IMG/VR virus record: IMGVR_UViG_3300036762_000065
Location: 64,001-128,000 of that record
From: a virus
Lineage: Duplodnaviria; Caudoviricetes
Direction: 5' to 3' (one strand)
DNA: 64,000 nt
Within the stretch, counting starts at the first letter, position 1; each line of letters starts with the position of its first letter. The notes beneath the pieces are model-generated. The model did no database searches and had not been told where the DNA came from. It worked only from the letters and a program-made list of their open reading frames with translations. Shown here piece by piece: positions 1 to 10,259 of this stretch. Made by a program: the position numbers and the translations under genes.

Positions 1-107
1 GTGATATAATTCTTGATGTGTACGCCGATCCGGTTATACCAGCAAAACGTATACACTTGACTGCTTTTGTCAATCCAACAGGTTCGCGCTTTACCGAAGG
101 TTCATAA
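1..107 (+). CDS. 3' end of a tail sheath protein paralog (partial)
   Basis: Frame starting at nt 3 reads DIILDVYADPVIPAKRIHLTAFVNPTGSRFTEGS*, closely matching the C-terminus of the sheath at 32465-34057 (DVMLDVYLDPVLPAKRIHLNA). Confidence 0.85.
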   Translation, partial: DIILDVYADPVIPAKRIHLTAFVNPTGSRFTEGS

Positions 108-122
108 TAGGAGCTATACGAA

Positions 123-770
123 ATGGCAGAATTACGTCTTGAACAATTAATTGAGGATTGCGAGCGAATTTCCAACGTTCGCAATTTAGATACAAATAAT
201 CCTATAGTGTTACGTTTAAGCCACCCTACAAATGCAACTGTGCATGTGTTGGTGTGTGCTTTGCGCGAACCTTCTGATCTTGTATTACCTATTAACGTAA
301 CTTGGTTTAACCTAAATCCTCAGTCTGTGGATTATAGACAGGCTATGCGTAGAGTTAGTAAAGATCCTGATGTATCGGCGAATATGGACCACACTTGGGA
401 GAAGGTTTATCAGTACGATGATGTGTTTGGACTTCAAGAATACGATGCGACAGATACATTACTACTTACAGACAACACAGCTATACCTCCAGCACAACCG
501 ACAGTTTTAGGTACTGCTAGATTGTCTGTTCCTGCTGCTGTATCGTCTAACCCGATAGTAGTCGGTGACAACGATCCTAGACTGTCTGATGCTCGTATTC
601 CTACCGCTCATAATCACGTACAAGAACCGGCACAACAGTTAAAGACTTCTGTAGGTACTGTTACTATAAGCGGTTCGGCAGCTCCTGTTGCCGGTATGTC
701 CTTGATTGCTATTAGTGCTAATCAAGCCGAGTGGAGACGACTACGTACTTCTGATATTGACAATTCCTAA
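123..770 (+). CDS. virion structural protein, paralog of the N-terminal domain of the giant Ig-repeat protein
   Basis: GGAG RBS; shares RNL..NPIV, LP.NVTW, DY..A.RRVS and NP.VVGDNDPR..DAR.P..H.H with the next ORF. Confidence 0.75.
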   Translation: MAELRLEQLIEDCERISNVRNLDTNNPIVLRLSHPTNATVHVLVCALREPSDLVLPINVTWFNLNPQSVDYRQAMRRVSKDPDVSANMDHTWEKVYQYDDVFGLQEYDATDTLLLTDNTAIPPAQPTVLGTARLSVPAAVSSNPIVVGDNDPRLSDARIPTAHNHVQEPAQQLKTSVGTVTISGSAAPVAGMSLIAISANQAEWRRLRTSDIDNS

Positions 771-791
771 TCGGGTTATTTGGAGATCAAC

Positions 792-3700
792 ATGCCTCAA
801 GCATTAGCTACTTTTATCAACAATGCTATTAGTATTGCCGATAAAAGAAATCTTGCAAAAGAAAACCCCATTGTTGTTACTATTCCGCAAACAAATGCTG
901 AAGAGATAATTACTGTAGTATCTTTCATGGAACCTAATCACGTTACATTACCATTTAACGTGACTTGGATTGTGGCAGACCCTGCATCAAGTGATTACAA
1001 ACGTGCTCTTAGGCGCGTTTCTGCATTACCGTTTGGCGGAAGAAGAAACACATGGGCCACATTAACCGTTTATCAAGACATTCTTGATGAGCCTCAATTC
1101 TATGATCGTACTGCAACCTTCAGTTTAGGTGAAGTAGAAACAACAGGTGTTTTACCAGCTACAGCTATAGCTAGAGGTGTGTTTAAACTTCTTCAAGCCG
1201 ACACAAACGATGCTCAAAATCCTGTGGTTGTTGGAGACAATGACCCTAGAATGACCGATGCTCGTATGCCGGTGCCACACGGACATCCTCTGTTGCCCGC
1301 TATTGCTCTTGAAGGGTCTAGCGGCATCAATGATTTCTACGTGACAATATCTGACAGTGCTCCGCCTACTCCTGGCCAAGCACTTATGATAACCGGAACA
1401 GGTACTCAACCTAATGAGTATAAAGGTATTTGGCGAACTGTAGTAGCTGCCGATATTGAGTATGACGGTCCGACTTTTGATAGCTTGACCATCAACGGAC
1501 CTTTAGTTCCTGTAGAAGAGTTACAGCCTGTTGTGTTTAGCGCAGACGCACACTTCTCCGACAGTACAATGCAGTTGAATGTGCCTTGTACTTGGAGTAT
1601 CATTGCCAATGGCAGTGCTGCTACAATTAGTGCAACAACAGGTACGTTGAATAGTGCTGATATTGTAGGTGATCAGGTTGTACGTGTGCAAGCTCGTTAT
1701 TTGCATCCTGAAAGCGGGCAGGTTAGAATACAGACATTTGATCTTACAATATTGGATGTAACTGTTGCTAAGACACTCGTTTCTATTGCAATACAGGGAC
1801 CTGCTGATGTTAATGAGAACTCACAAGCTTCCTATACTGTAATTGCAACGTATGATGACAATTCAACAGCAGGCGTATCACCTGATACATTTACAAGTAG
1901 TAACTCCGGTGTAGGTTCTTTTGCGTCAGGTACCGGCGTTCTTACTGTACCTGAGCTACTTGCTAACCAAAGTACAACTTTAAGTGCTGCTTACACAGAA
2001 AACGGGGTTGCGCGTTCTGCAACAAAGACAGTTACAGCACACGATTTGACTGTATATCCTCAATCTGCTGTTATCAACGGACCTACAAACGTACCTGAAA
2101 ACTCCACAGCAACCTATACTATGACAGTTACGTTTACTGATCTTAGTAGTCAAGTTGTTGCAATTTCTAACTGGGCTTCAAGTAATTTGAATGCAGGTAC
2201 TATAAATGCAGTAAGTGGCGTATTGACAACTCCTGTAGAAATGGGAGCAGATGAGGCATCGACAATATCTGCAAGCTATACTAACGCAGGACGAACTGTT
2301 AGTGCTACGCTCAATATAACTTCTTTGGATACTACAAATTATCCTGAAAGTGCTACAATTATAGGCGCTACTTCAATTGATGAAGGCAGTAATACAACTA
2401 CCTATCAACTGGAAGTTACGTTTACAGATAACACTACTGCAATTGTTCCTGTTGCTAATTGGACGTCTACCGATACCGCATTAGCAACGATAGACAGCGT
2501 TAGCGGTGTGCTTACAAGTGCTGCCAACATTAAACCTAGCGGAACAACCACAATATCTGCATCTTATACTGCCGAAGGGCGTACTGTAAGTGCAACCGAA
2601 GATGTTATTGTTAACGATACTACAAACTATCCTGTCAGTGCGCAGATCGTAGGTAGTGGAAGTATGAATGAAGGTACTGTGCAGAACTTGATTTTGCGCG
2701 TTACGTATCTTGATAGTAGTGTTGCTGATGTTGTTACCAATAACTGGAATTCAAGCAATCCTGCTGTAGCAACAGTAGATTCAGCCACTGGCATACTTAC
2801 AAGTGCTGCCAACGTTATAGGTAATCAAAATACTCAAATTACATGTAGTTATATCGAGCACGGGGAGCAGGTCACTCCGACAGCCTTGAGTGTTAACATT
2901 ATTGATATTACAGCATATCCTGTAAGTGCAGTTATTGAAGGTCTAAGTACCGTATCGGAAAGCACGACAACTACATACCAGTTGCGAGTTACTTTCGACA
3001 ACAGTACAAACAGTATTCAACCTGTATCAAACTGGGCTATCGACAACGGAGCTGCGGGAACAATTAACGCTTCTACAGGTGTGTTTAATGCAGCACCTGG
3101 TCTGCTGTCTAATGAACTTGCTAATATCACAGCTAGTTATACATTAGATGGTAATACAGTAAACGCAACGAAAGCTATAACAGTAACCGATGATACGGTT
3201 TATCCTGCGTCTGCGGTTATTTTGGGCGCTAATACAGTAGACGAAACAACAACTTCTGTATATCAAATGTCTGTTACGTTTACAGATGCTACCGTACAGA
3301 CAGTATCAATCTCTAACTGGGCAGTGGACAACACAGGCGCTGCTGGTATTAATGCTAACACCGGCTTACTGTCTGCATTGGATGTTGTCGGAGATAAAGC
3401 AGTAAACATTACAGGCAGCTACACTGCACAGGGCGTTACTGTCAATGCTACCAAGCTTATTACAGTCCGTGACTTGACAGTGTATCCTGTAAGTGCTGCT
3501 ATTATAGGTAATGCTACGGTAGCAGAAGGCTCTAGTGCAACATACCAGATGCAGGTTACTTATGATGATGCCTCTACTGCTATTGTAGGTATTACAAATT
3601 GGGTGTCTGATAATCTGTCACTTGCTACAATTAACGCAACGACAGGAGTTCTTCAAGCTACTGCAAACGTTGTCGGCAACCAAGTTGTTAATATAAGTGC

Positions 3701-6700
3701 TAGTTACACACAGAACGGAGTGACCGTAAATGGCACTACTGCAATTACTGTCTCGGATACCACGGCGTATCCTGTAAGTGCTGTGATTGTAGGGAACGCT
3801 TCCGTTGCAGAAAGTACAAGCACAAGTTATACCTTGTCTGTCACATTCTCGGATATGTCTGTTTCTACAGTGACAGTATCAAACTGGGCTATCGACAACG
3901 GAGCAGCAGGAACAATTAACGCTTCGACCGGTGTGTTTGTTGCGGCAGCAAATAATACGAAAGTAGATATTGTTGGGAACGTCTCCTGTAGTTATACACT
4001 AGATGGAACTACAGTTACACCAACTCCGTTGGCAGTGTCGGTTATTGACACTACGGCGTATCCTGTATCAGCACGTATAGTAGGACCTGCGGCAGTTGCA
4101 GAAGGTAGCGCATTAGAAACGTACTTGTTTGAAGTTACCTTTAGCGATGCAAGCGTAGTTAATCGTAACATAACCGACTGGGCTTCAAGTAATCCTACTG
4201 CCGGTACAATAGTATCAACAACAGGAGCATTCACTGCTGCAACCGATAATCCTTATGATGAAGTTACTCAGTTAAGCGGTAGCTTTACAGAGAACGGAGA
4301 CACTGTTACGGCTACTTTAGATGTTACGGTTACTGATGTTACAGTATATCCTGCTTCATTAGCTATCATAGGCTCTACTGTTGTTAACGAAAGTGACGGT
4401 ACTGTGGCATATACTGCACAGGTAACGTACATTAATAGTTCAACTGCTATTGTTAGTGTAACAGACTGGGCTATGACCGGCTCTGCGGCTAACGTAGGAA
4501 CAATTAACGCAACTACTGGTGTGTTGACACTACCTACTGATGTTGTAGGCGATCAAAGTTCAACCTTAACTTGTAGTTACACAGAGTTTGGCATTACTGT
4601 CAACGCCTCTCAAGTTATTAATATTGTCGATGATGTGTTGAAACCTGTATCTGCTGCTATTACAGGACCTGCTACAGTTGATGAGAATGATGTAGGTTCA
4701 TATGTATTGACAGTTACCTACGATGATAGCTCCACTGCCGTTGTAAGTGCTACAGACTGGGCCTCAAGTAATGGAGTTGCAGGAGCAATCGTTGCAACAA
4801 CAGGAGCCTTCACAGCTAATACCGATGTGCCTAGTAATCAAGTTACTAACTTGACTGCAAGTTACACTGAAAACGGAGTTACTGTCAACGCTACATTGCC
4901 TATTACTGTAATTGATACCACAGTCTATGTTGTTAGTGCCCAGATACTAGGTACTGCTTCTATGGACGAAGGGGATTCGGCAACGTACCAGTTGCAGGTA
5001 ACTTATCAAGATACATCCACAGCTATTGTTAGTGTAACAGACTGGGCTTCGAGTAATCCTACAGCAGGAGCAATTAACGCGACAAGTGGTGTGTTTATTG
5101 CAACTGCGGATGTTACAGGCAATCAGAGTACAACACTGACAGCTAGTTATACAGAAAATTCTGTTACTGTAACAGGCACTCGTGTTATAAACGTACTTGA
5201 TACAACCAACTTGCCTGTGTCTGTTGCTATTACAGGACCTGCTACTATTAACGAAAATGAAGTTGCCAGTTATGTTGCTACTGTAACGTATCAAGATGCC
5301 TCAACTGTTGTGCAAACAACTAGCGTGTTGGGTAACTGGACAAGAACAAACGCGCTATCAGGTAACATCGGTAGTAACACAGGTCAGTTTGGCGCAATCG
5401 AAGTTGCAGGTAATCAAGCTACTGATATAACATTTACTTTTACTCAGTACGGGCAGACAGTCAATGACACTATTTCTATTACTGTTGTGGACGTTGTGCC
5501 AGTGTCTCTGGTTATATCAGGCCCAACGACAGCACTTGAAAACGGACCTAATGTCAATCTCGTTGCTACTGTTACTTATAGCGATTCCTCTACTGCTGTT
5601 GTTACCAACGCAGCAACTTGGGGAAGTTCTAATGTATCTGTTGCCTCAGTAGGAACTTCTACTGGGGTTGTTGTACCGTCGTCTAATGTTGTCGGAGACC
5701 AGCCTGTTGTTATAAGTGCTTCGTTTGTATCAGATGCTACAACAGTAAACGCTACGTATAACATGACGGTAGTAGAATCAGTTAAACGTCCTGCGTCTAT
5801 TGAAATTACTGGACCTGCTACGGTTAACGAAGGCTCAAATACAATTAACCTTGTAGCTACCGTAACCTATGATGATGCTACTACAGCAATTGTAACATCA
5901 TCATCCTCGTGGGTAAGTGCGAACAACGGTGTTGCAACTGTCGGTGCTGCTACAGGCGTTGTAACTTCAACAGATAATGTTGTTGGCGACACTCCTGTGA
6001 ATGTCTCCGTTAGTTACACTGAAAACGGTGTTACTGTTAATGATACGTATGCTGTTACTGTAGCGGAAGCTATACTGAGGCCGGTTAGTGTTGTTGTGTC
6101 TGGACCTACTACTGTCAACGAAGGTTCAAATACAATTAACCTTGTAGCTACCGTTACATACGATGATACTTCTAGCGTTATCACAACTGCTAGTGTTAAC
6201 GGTACGTGGACATCAGATGCCCCTGCAATTGCCACAGTCGGTGCTGCTACAGGCGTTGTTACAAGTGCGTCAAACATTGTCGGCAACCAAGTAGCCAACG
6301 TAACTTATAGCTACACTGAAAACGGTGTTACTGTTAATGATGTATACGCAATAACTGTAGCGGAAGCTATACTAAGACCTGTTAGTGTTGTTGTGTCTGG
6401 ACCTACTGTTGTTGCAGAAGGATCAAACACGATCAATCTTGCAGCTACCGTAACGTATGAGGATGCGTCAAGTGCTGTTACTACAGCCAGTGTTAATGGT
6501 GTGTGGGGAAGTTCTAATAACAGTATAGCTACCGTTGATTCTAACGGACTTGTAACAAGTGCTTCTGATATTGTCGGCAACCAAGCTGTTAACATAACTT
6601 ACAGTTACACTGAAAATGGAGATACTGTTAACGACACTTACTCCATTACAGTTACCGAGGCAATCAAGCGCCCTGCTTCTATTGCAATAACCGGTCCTGT

Positions 6701-9431
6701 TACAGTGTCGGAAGGCTCGAACACAATTAACCTAGTAGCTACCGTAACATATGATGATGCAACAACATTAGACGTTACTACTGCAAGCACATGGTCATCT
6801 TCAGACAATGCAGTGGCTACAATCGGAGCAGCGACCGGCGTTGTTACAAGTGCTAACAGTGTTATAGGTAATCAGCCTGTTGACATATCCATTAGTTATA
6901 CAGAGAGCGGCGTTACTGTCACTGATACTTACTCAATAACAGTAACCGAAGGAGCATTAACTCCAGTTAGTGTTGCTATTACTGGACCTATTACTGTATC
7001 GGAAGGCTCGAACACAATTAACCTTGTAGCTACCGTAACCTATGATGACACTTCAACTGCTGTTGTTACTACAACAGGAGCATGGACAAGTACAAACAGT
7101 GCAGTCGCTACAATAGGAGCGTCTACTGGTGTTGTTACATCGGCATCTAATATCGTAGGAGATCAAGCAGTATCTTTCGACTTTAGTTACACGGAGAACT
7201 CTGTTACTGTTAACGCAGTACAGCATAACGTTACTGTAGTGGAATCTATACTGAGGCCCGTTAGTGTTGTAATTACAGGACCTGCTAGTGCAGACGAAGG
7301 TAGTGTAGCAGGTAATTTTGCTGCTACAGTTACTTACGATGATACTTCGACCGCTGTTGTTACTACAACAGGAACTTGGTCATCAGACAACGTTGCTTTA
7401 GTTGTAGTTCCATCTACAGGTGCTTATACTACTGCCCAAAACGTTGTAGGTAATCAGTCGGTTACAGTGACATTTACCTACACTGAAAACGGAGCTACTG
7501 TTAATGATACTCATGCGTTTACGGTTAACGAAGTTGCCAAGACACCTGTTAGTATTGCAATAACAGGGTCGGCTACTGTGAGTGAAGGGGCAAACACAAG
7601 TCCTTTAACTGCTACTGTAACCTATGACGATGCAACAACATTAGACGTTACTACAACAAGTACATGGTCGTCAGGTACGCCGGCTGTTGCTACAATCGGT
7701 GCATCTACTGGACTTGTAACAAGCGCATTGGACATTGTAGGTAATCAACCTGTAGTTCTTAGCGTTAGTTATACTGAGAACGGTCAAACTGTAAACAACA
7801 CGCACAACATGACTGTTGTTGAGGCAATTAAACGTCCGACAGCTATCACTATTACTGGACCTACTACTATTGCAGAAGGCTCGAATACAGCCAACTTAAC
7901 CGCTACTGTAACTTATGATGACGCAACAACAGCAAACGTTACAGTATCTAGTGCGTGGACATCGGATGTTCCTGCAATTGCAGCGGTAGGGGCAGCGACC
8001 GGTGTTGTTACAAGTGCTTCGGATATCATAGGCAATCAGGCGGCAGTAATCTCTGTTAGTTATACAGAAAACTCTGTCACAGTTACCGATACACATAACA
8101 TGACTGTTACTGAGGCGATTAAACGTCCAGTTAGTGTTGCTATTACAGGACCTATTACTGTTAACGAAGGCTCAAATACAATTAACCTTGTATCAACTGT
8201 AACGTATGATGATGCGACAACCTCTGTTACTACATCAAGTGTTAATGGTACTTGGGGAAGTTCTAATAACGGTATTGCAACTGTAGGAACTACAACAGGT
8301 GTTGTTACAAGTGCTAACAGTGTTGTCGGAAACCAAGCTGTTACTATCAACTACAGTTATACGGAGAACGGACAGACAGTTAATAGCAGTCATAACATGA
8401 CCGTTGTTGAGGCAATTAAACGTCCGTCATCTATAGTGATTACTGGACCTACTTCAGTCAATGAAGGCTCAAATACAATTAACCTTGTAGCTACCGTTAC
8501 TTATGACGATAGTACTACTGCTGTTGTAACCTCCTCATCTACATGGACTTCATCAAGTCCTGTAGTTGCTACAGTCGGAGCCGCGACAGGTGTTGTTACA
8601 TCTGCATCTAACGTGCTAGGTAATCAGGTAACTACTATAACTGTTAGTTATACAGAGAGCGGTCAGACGGTTAACGATACTCATGTTGTAACTGTAGTAG
8701 AGTCGATCAAACGTCCTGCTAGTGTGGTAATTACAGGGCCTACTGCTGTTGACGAAGGTTCAAATACTATCAACCTAGTAGCTACCGTTACTTATGACGA
8801 TAGTACTACTGCTGTTCGTACAACAACAGGAACATGGTCCTCTAGTAACAATACCGTTGCAACTGTAGGAGCTTCTACAGGAGTACTTACAAGTGCTGCT
8901 GATGTGGCGTCCAACACTAACGTCACTATCACATTTAGTTATACGGAGAACTCTGTGACTGTTAACGATACTCATGTTGTTACTGTTAATAATGTTACTG
9001 TCACTATACCTAAAGCTAGATTCGGCTATGGTATATTTGCAGGCCCTAACTTAGATCAGAACGGGTTTACAGGCCCTCAGAGCATTATGGATACAGTCCT
9101 GACAAGTCAAGTAACAGACAACGTTGACATGGTCACTTTCTTAGGAGCAGGTGGTGATGGTTCTACTACATACGGCTACTTTGCATATCCTGTAGAACTT
9201 GGATTGTTAGCACAAAGTGAGTTCCAAGATACTTCAAATTTGTTTACCGGAGGATGGGAAGGTATTGACGGTCCGTTTGATGCTGCGGTGCCTTATGTTA
9301 ACTGGACGCCGGACGGACCTAATATAGTTAGTATGAGTGACGGCAGTGGCGTAAGAAATTGGTACATCTATCGTACTGATTTCCCAATTCAAAATCTCAC
9401 GTTCCGTGTTATTAATTGGCCAAACGTTTAA
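792..9431 (+). CDS. giant Ig-like (Big_2-type) repeat virion fibre/whisker protein
   Basis: ATG 792 follows GGAG; 26 repeats of about 97 aa (S..I.GP..V.E...ATVTYDD...W.SS...ATV...TGV...SYTENG.TV); Thr/Val/Ser-rich; aromatic C-terminal cap (YGYFAYP...GGWEG...WYIYRTDFP). Confidence 0.85.
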   Translation: MPQALATFINNAISIADKRNLAKENPIVVTIPQTNAEEIITVVSFMEPNHVTLPFNVTWIVADPASSDYKRALRRVSALPFGGRRNTWATLTVYQDILDEPQFYDRTATFSLGEVETTGVLPATAIARGVFKLLQADTNDAQNPVVVGDNDPRMTDARMPVPHGHPLLPAIALEGSSGINDFYVTISDSAPPTPGQALMITGTGTQPNEYKGIWRTVVAADIEYDGPTFDSLTINGPLVPVEELQPVVFSADAHFSDSTMQLNVPCTWSIIANGSAATISATTGTLNSADIVGDQVVRVQARYLHPESGQVRIQTFDLTILDVTVAKTLVSIAIQGPADVNENSQASYTVIATYDDNSTAGVSPDTFTSSNSGVGSFASGTGVLTVPELLANQSTTLSAAYTENGVARSATKTVTAHDLTVYPQSAVINGPTNVPENSTATYTMTVTFTDLSSQVVAISNWASSNLNAGTINAVSGVLTTPVEMGADEASTISASYTNAGRTVSATLNITSLDTTNYPESATIIGATSIDEGSNTTTYQLEVTFTDNTTAIVPVANWTSTDTALATIDSVSGVLTSAANIKPSGTTTISASYTAEGRTVSATEDVIVNDTTNYPVSAQIVGSGSMNEGTVQNLILRVTYLDSSVADVVTNNWNSSNPAVATVDSATGILTSAANVIGNQNTQITCSYIEHGEQVTPTALSVNIIDITAYPVSAVIEGLSTVSESTTTTYQLRVTFDNSTNSIQPVSNWAIDNGAAGTINASTGVFNAAPGLLSNELANITASYTLDGNTVNATKAITVTDDTVYPASAVILGANTVDETTTSVYQMSVTFTDATVQTVSISNWAVDNTGAAGINANTGLLSALDVVGDKAVNITGSYTAQGVTVNATKLITVRDLTVYPVSAAIIGNATVAEGSSATYQMQVTYDDASTAIVGITNWVSDNLSLATINATTGVLQATANVVGNQVVNISASYTQNGVTVNGTTAITVSDTTAYPVSAVIVGNASVAESTSTSYTLSVTFSDMSVSTVTVSNWAIDNGAAGTINASTGVFVAAANNTKVDIVGNVSCSYTLDGTTVTPTPLAVSVIDTTAYPVSARIVGPAAVAEGSALETYLFEVTFSDASVVNRNITDWASSNPTAGTIVSTTGAFTAATDNPYDEVTQLSGSFTENGDTVTATLDVTVTDVTVYPASLAIIGSTVVNESDGTVAYTAQVTYINSSTAIVSVTDWAMTGSAANVGTINATTGVLTLPTDVVGDQSSTLTCSYTEFGITVNASQVINIVDDVLKPVSAAITGPATVDENDVGSYVLTVTYDDSSTAVVSATDWASSNGVAGAIVATTGAFTANTDVPSNQVTNLTASYTENGVTVNATLPITVIDTTVYVVSAQILGTASMDEGDSATYQLQVTYQDTSTAIVSVTDWASSNPTAGAINATSGVFIATADVTGNQSTTLTASYTENSVTVTGTRVINVLDTTNLPVSVAITGPATINENEVASYVATVTYQDASTVVQTTSVLGNWTRTNALSGNIGSNTGQFGAIEVAGNQATDITFTFTQYGQTVNDTISITVVDVVPVSLVISGPTTALENGPNVNLVATVTYSDSSTAVVTNAATWGSSNVSVASVGTSTGVVVPSSNVVGDQPVVISASFVSDATTVNATYNMTVVESVKRPASIEITGPATVNEGSNTINLVATVTYDDATTAIVTSSSSWVSANNGVATVGAATGVVTSTDNVVGDTPVNVSVSYTENGVTVNDTYAVTVAEAILRPVSVVVSGPTTVNEGSNTINLVATVTYDDTSSVITTASVNGTWTSDAPAIATVGAATGVVTSASNIVGNQVANVTYSYTENGVTVNDVYAITVAEAILRPVSVVVSGPTVVAEGSNTINLAATVTYEDASSAVTTASVNGVWGSSNNSIATVDSNGLVTSASDIVGNQAVNITYSYTENGDTVNDTYSITVTEAIKRPASIAITGPVTVSEGSNTINLVATVTYDDATTLDVTTASTWSSSDNAVATIGAATGVVTSANSVIGNQPVDISISYTESGVTVTDTYSITVTEGALTPVSVAITGPITVSEGSNTINLVATVTYDDTSTAVVTTTGAWTSTNSAVATIGASTGVVTSASNIVGDQAVSFDFSYTENSVTVNAVQHNVTVVESILRPVSVVITGPASADEGSVAGNFAATVTYDDTSTAVVTTTGTWSSDNVALVVVPSTGAYTTAQNVVGNQSVTVTFTYTENGATVNDTHAFTVNEVAKTPVSIAITGSATVSEGANTSPLTATVTYDDATTLDVTTTSTWSSGTPAVATIGASTGLVTSALDIVGNQPVVLSVSYTENGQTVNNTHNMTVVEAIKRPTAITITGPTTIAEGSNTANLTATVTYDDATTANVTVSSAWTSDVPAIAAVGAATGVVTSASDIIGNQAAVISVSYTENSVTVTDTHNMTVTEAIKRPVSVAITGPITVNEGSNTINLVSTVTYDDATTSVTTSSVNGTWGSSNNGIATVGTTTGVVTSANSVVGNQAVTINYSYTENGQTVNSSHNMTVVEAIKRPSSIVITGPTSVNEGSNTINLVATVTYDDSTTAVVTSSSTWTSSSPVVATVGAATGVVTSASNVLGNQVTTITVSYTESGQTVNDTHVVTVVESIKRPASVVITGPTAVDEGSNTINLVATVTYDDSTTAVRTTTGTWSSSNNTVATVGASTGVLTSAADVASNTNVTITFSYTENSVTVNDTHVVTVNNVTVTIPKARFGYGIFAGPNLDQNGFTGPQSIMDTVLTSQVTDNVDMVTFLGAGGDGSTTYGYFAYPVELGLLAQSEFQDTSNLFTGGWEGIDGPFDAAVPYVNWTPDGPNIVSMSDGSGVRNWYIYRTDFPIQNLTFRVINWPNV

Positions 9432-9441
9432 CTTAACTCTA

Positions 9442-9469
9442 TAGAGGCTTGAAATATAGCCTCTAGTTT
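9442..9469 (+). terminator. probable intrinsic terminator hairpin
   Basis: tagaggct/agcctcta stem after the stop of the giant ORF; only a short T run follows. Confidence 0.45.
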
Positions 9470-9489
9470 AATTATTTGGAGATTTACCA

Positions 9490-10245
9490 ATGCCTATTAC
9501 ACTTAGTTCTTTTTTACTACCTGCGGCTTCCGTACCGTTTTTGTCAGAAGATATACATTTACGTGGTGGTTTTATGACAGTTGCGGATGCGGCTGCTCGG
9601 GATGCATTACACTTAGCTAAACGCAAGAAAGGTATGATAGTTGTCACACAAGATACAGGAGAGTGGTGGACAATCGGCGACAGTATTAATACGTGGGAGC
9701 CTGCGGATCTTTCTAGTAAGCTGAGTCTCGGTGATGGATTTTCTGTAGATGGTTCAGGCAACATAGTCTTTGACGGTGCTGATGTTGCTACAGAAGGACA
9801 AGTATTTACCAAAGTAGGAGGCTCTTTAGTCTGGGCAGATGCTTCCGGAGGTGGCGGCGGGTTTACACCTACACGTACAACTATTATTGAAGCTACAGGT
9901 TCTTTGTCTCAAGATCAATCTGAAAATATTGATTTTGCAGGAGCTGGTAACGTTGCTATGATTATCTCGCTCACAGTAAATCAACCTGATATATTGGTTG
10001 AGTGTTTTTCTAATAGTGCGCGAACTTCATCAAACCCTTATAGTTTTCTATCGAGAACCGGGCATTTGACGGACGATGGTACGAGTCTGCTCGAAGACTT
10101 AAGTACTCAGTATAATAGGCGTTATGCATTTGTTGTTAATGATGAGTTAGGTAACGGGCCTAAGTATTACTTTAAAGTAACGAATAAAGGCGCAACCCCT
10201 GTTAGCACATCTGTTAGTATAAACTTTTTAATTTTGCAGCCTTAA
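9490..10245 (+). CDS. virion/tail fibre-associated protein
   Basis: GGAG RBS; GG..TVAD.AARDAL...RK.GM.V.......WW motif typical of phage fibre N-terminal modules; Gly linker; structural gene context. Confidence 0.6.
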   Translation: MPITLSSFLLPAASVPFLSEDIHLRGGFMTVADAAARDALHLAKRKKGMIVVTQDTGEWWTIGDSINTWEPADLSSKLSLGDGFSVDGSGNIVFDGADVATEGQVFTKVGGSLVWADASGGGGGFTPTRTTIIEATGSLSQDQSENIDFAGAGNVAMIISLTVNQPDILVECFSNSARTSSNPYSFLSRTGHLTDDGTSLLEDLSTQYNRRYAFVVNDELGNGPKYYFKVTNKGATPVSTSVSINFLILQP

Positions 10246-10259
10246 TGTAGGAGTTTGTA

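Noticed and set aside
1152-8975. Many reverse-strand and alternate-frame ORFs within the giant gene (also 13570-14283, 37292-37822, 39155-39625)
   Set aside because: They are shadows of repetitive, codon-biased forward genes and lack RBSs and recognisable motifs.
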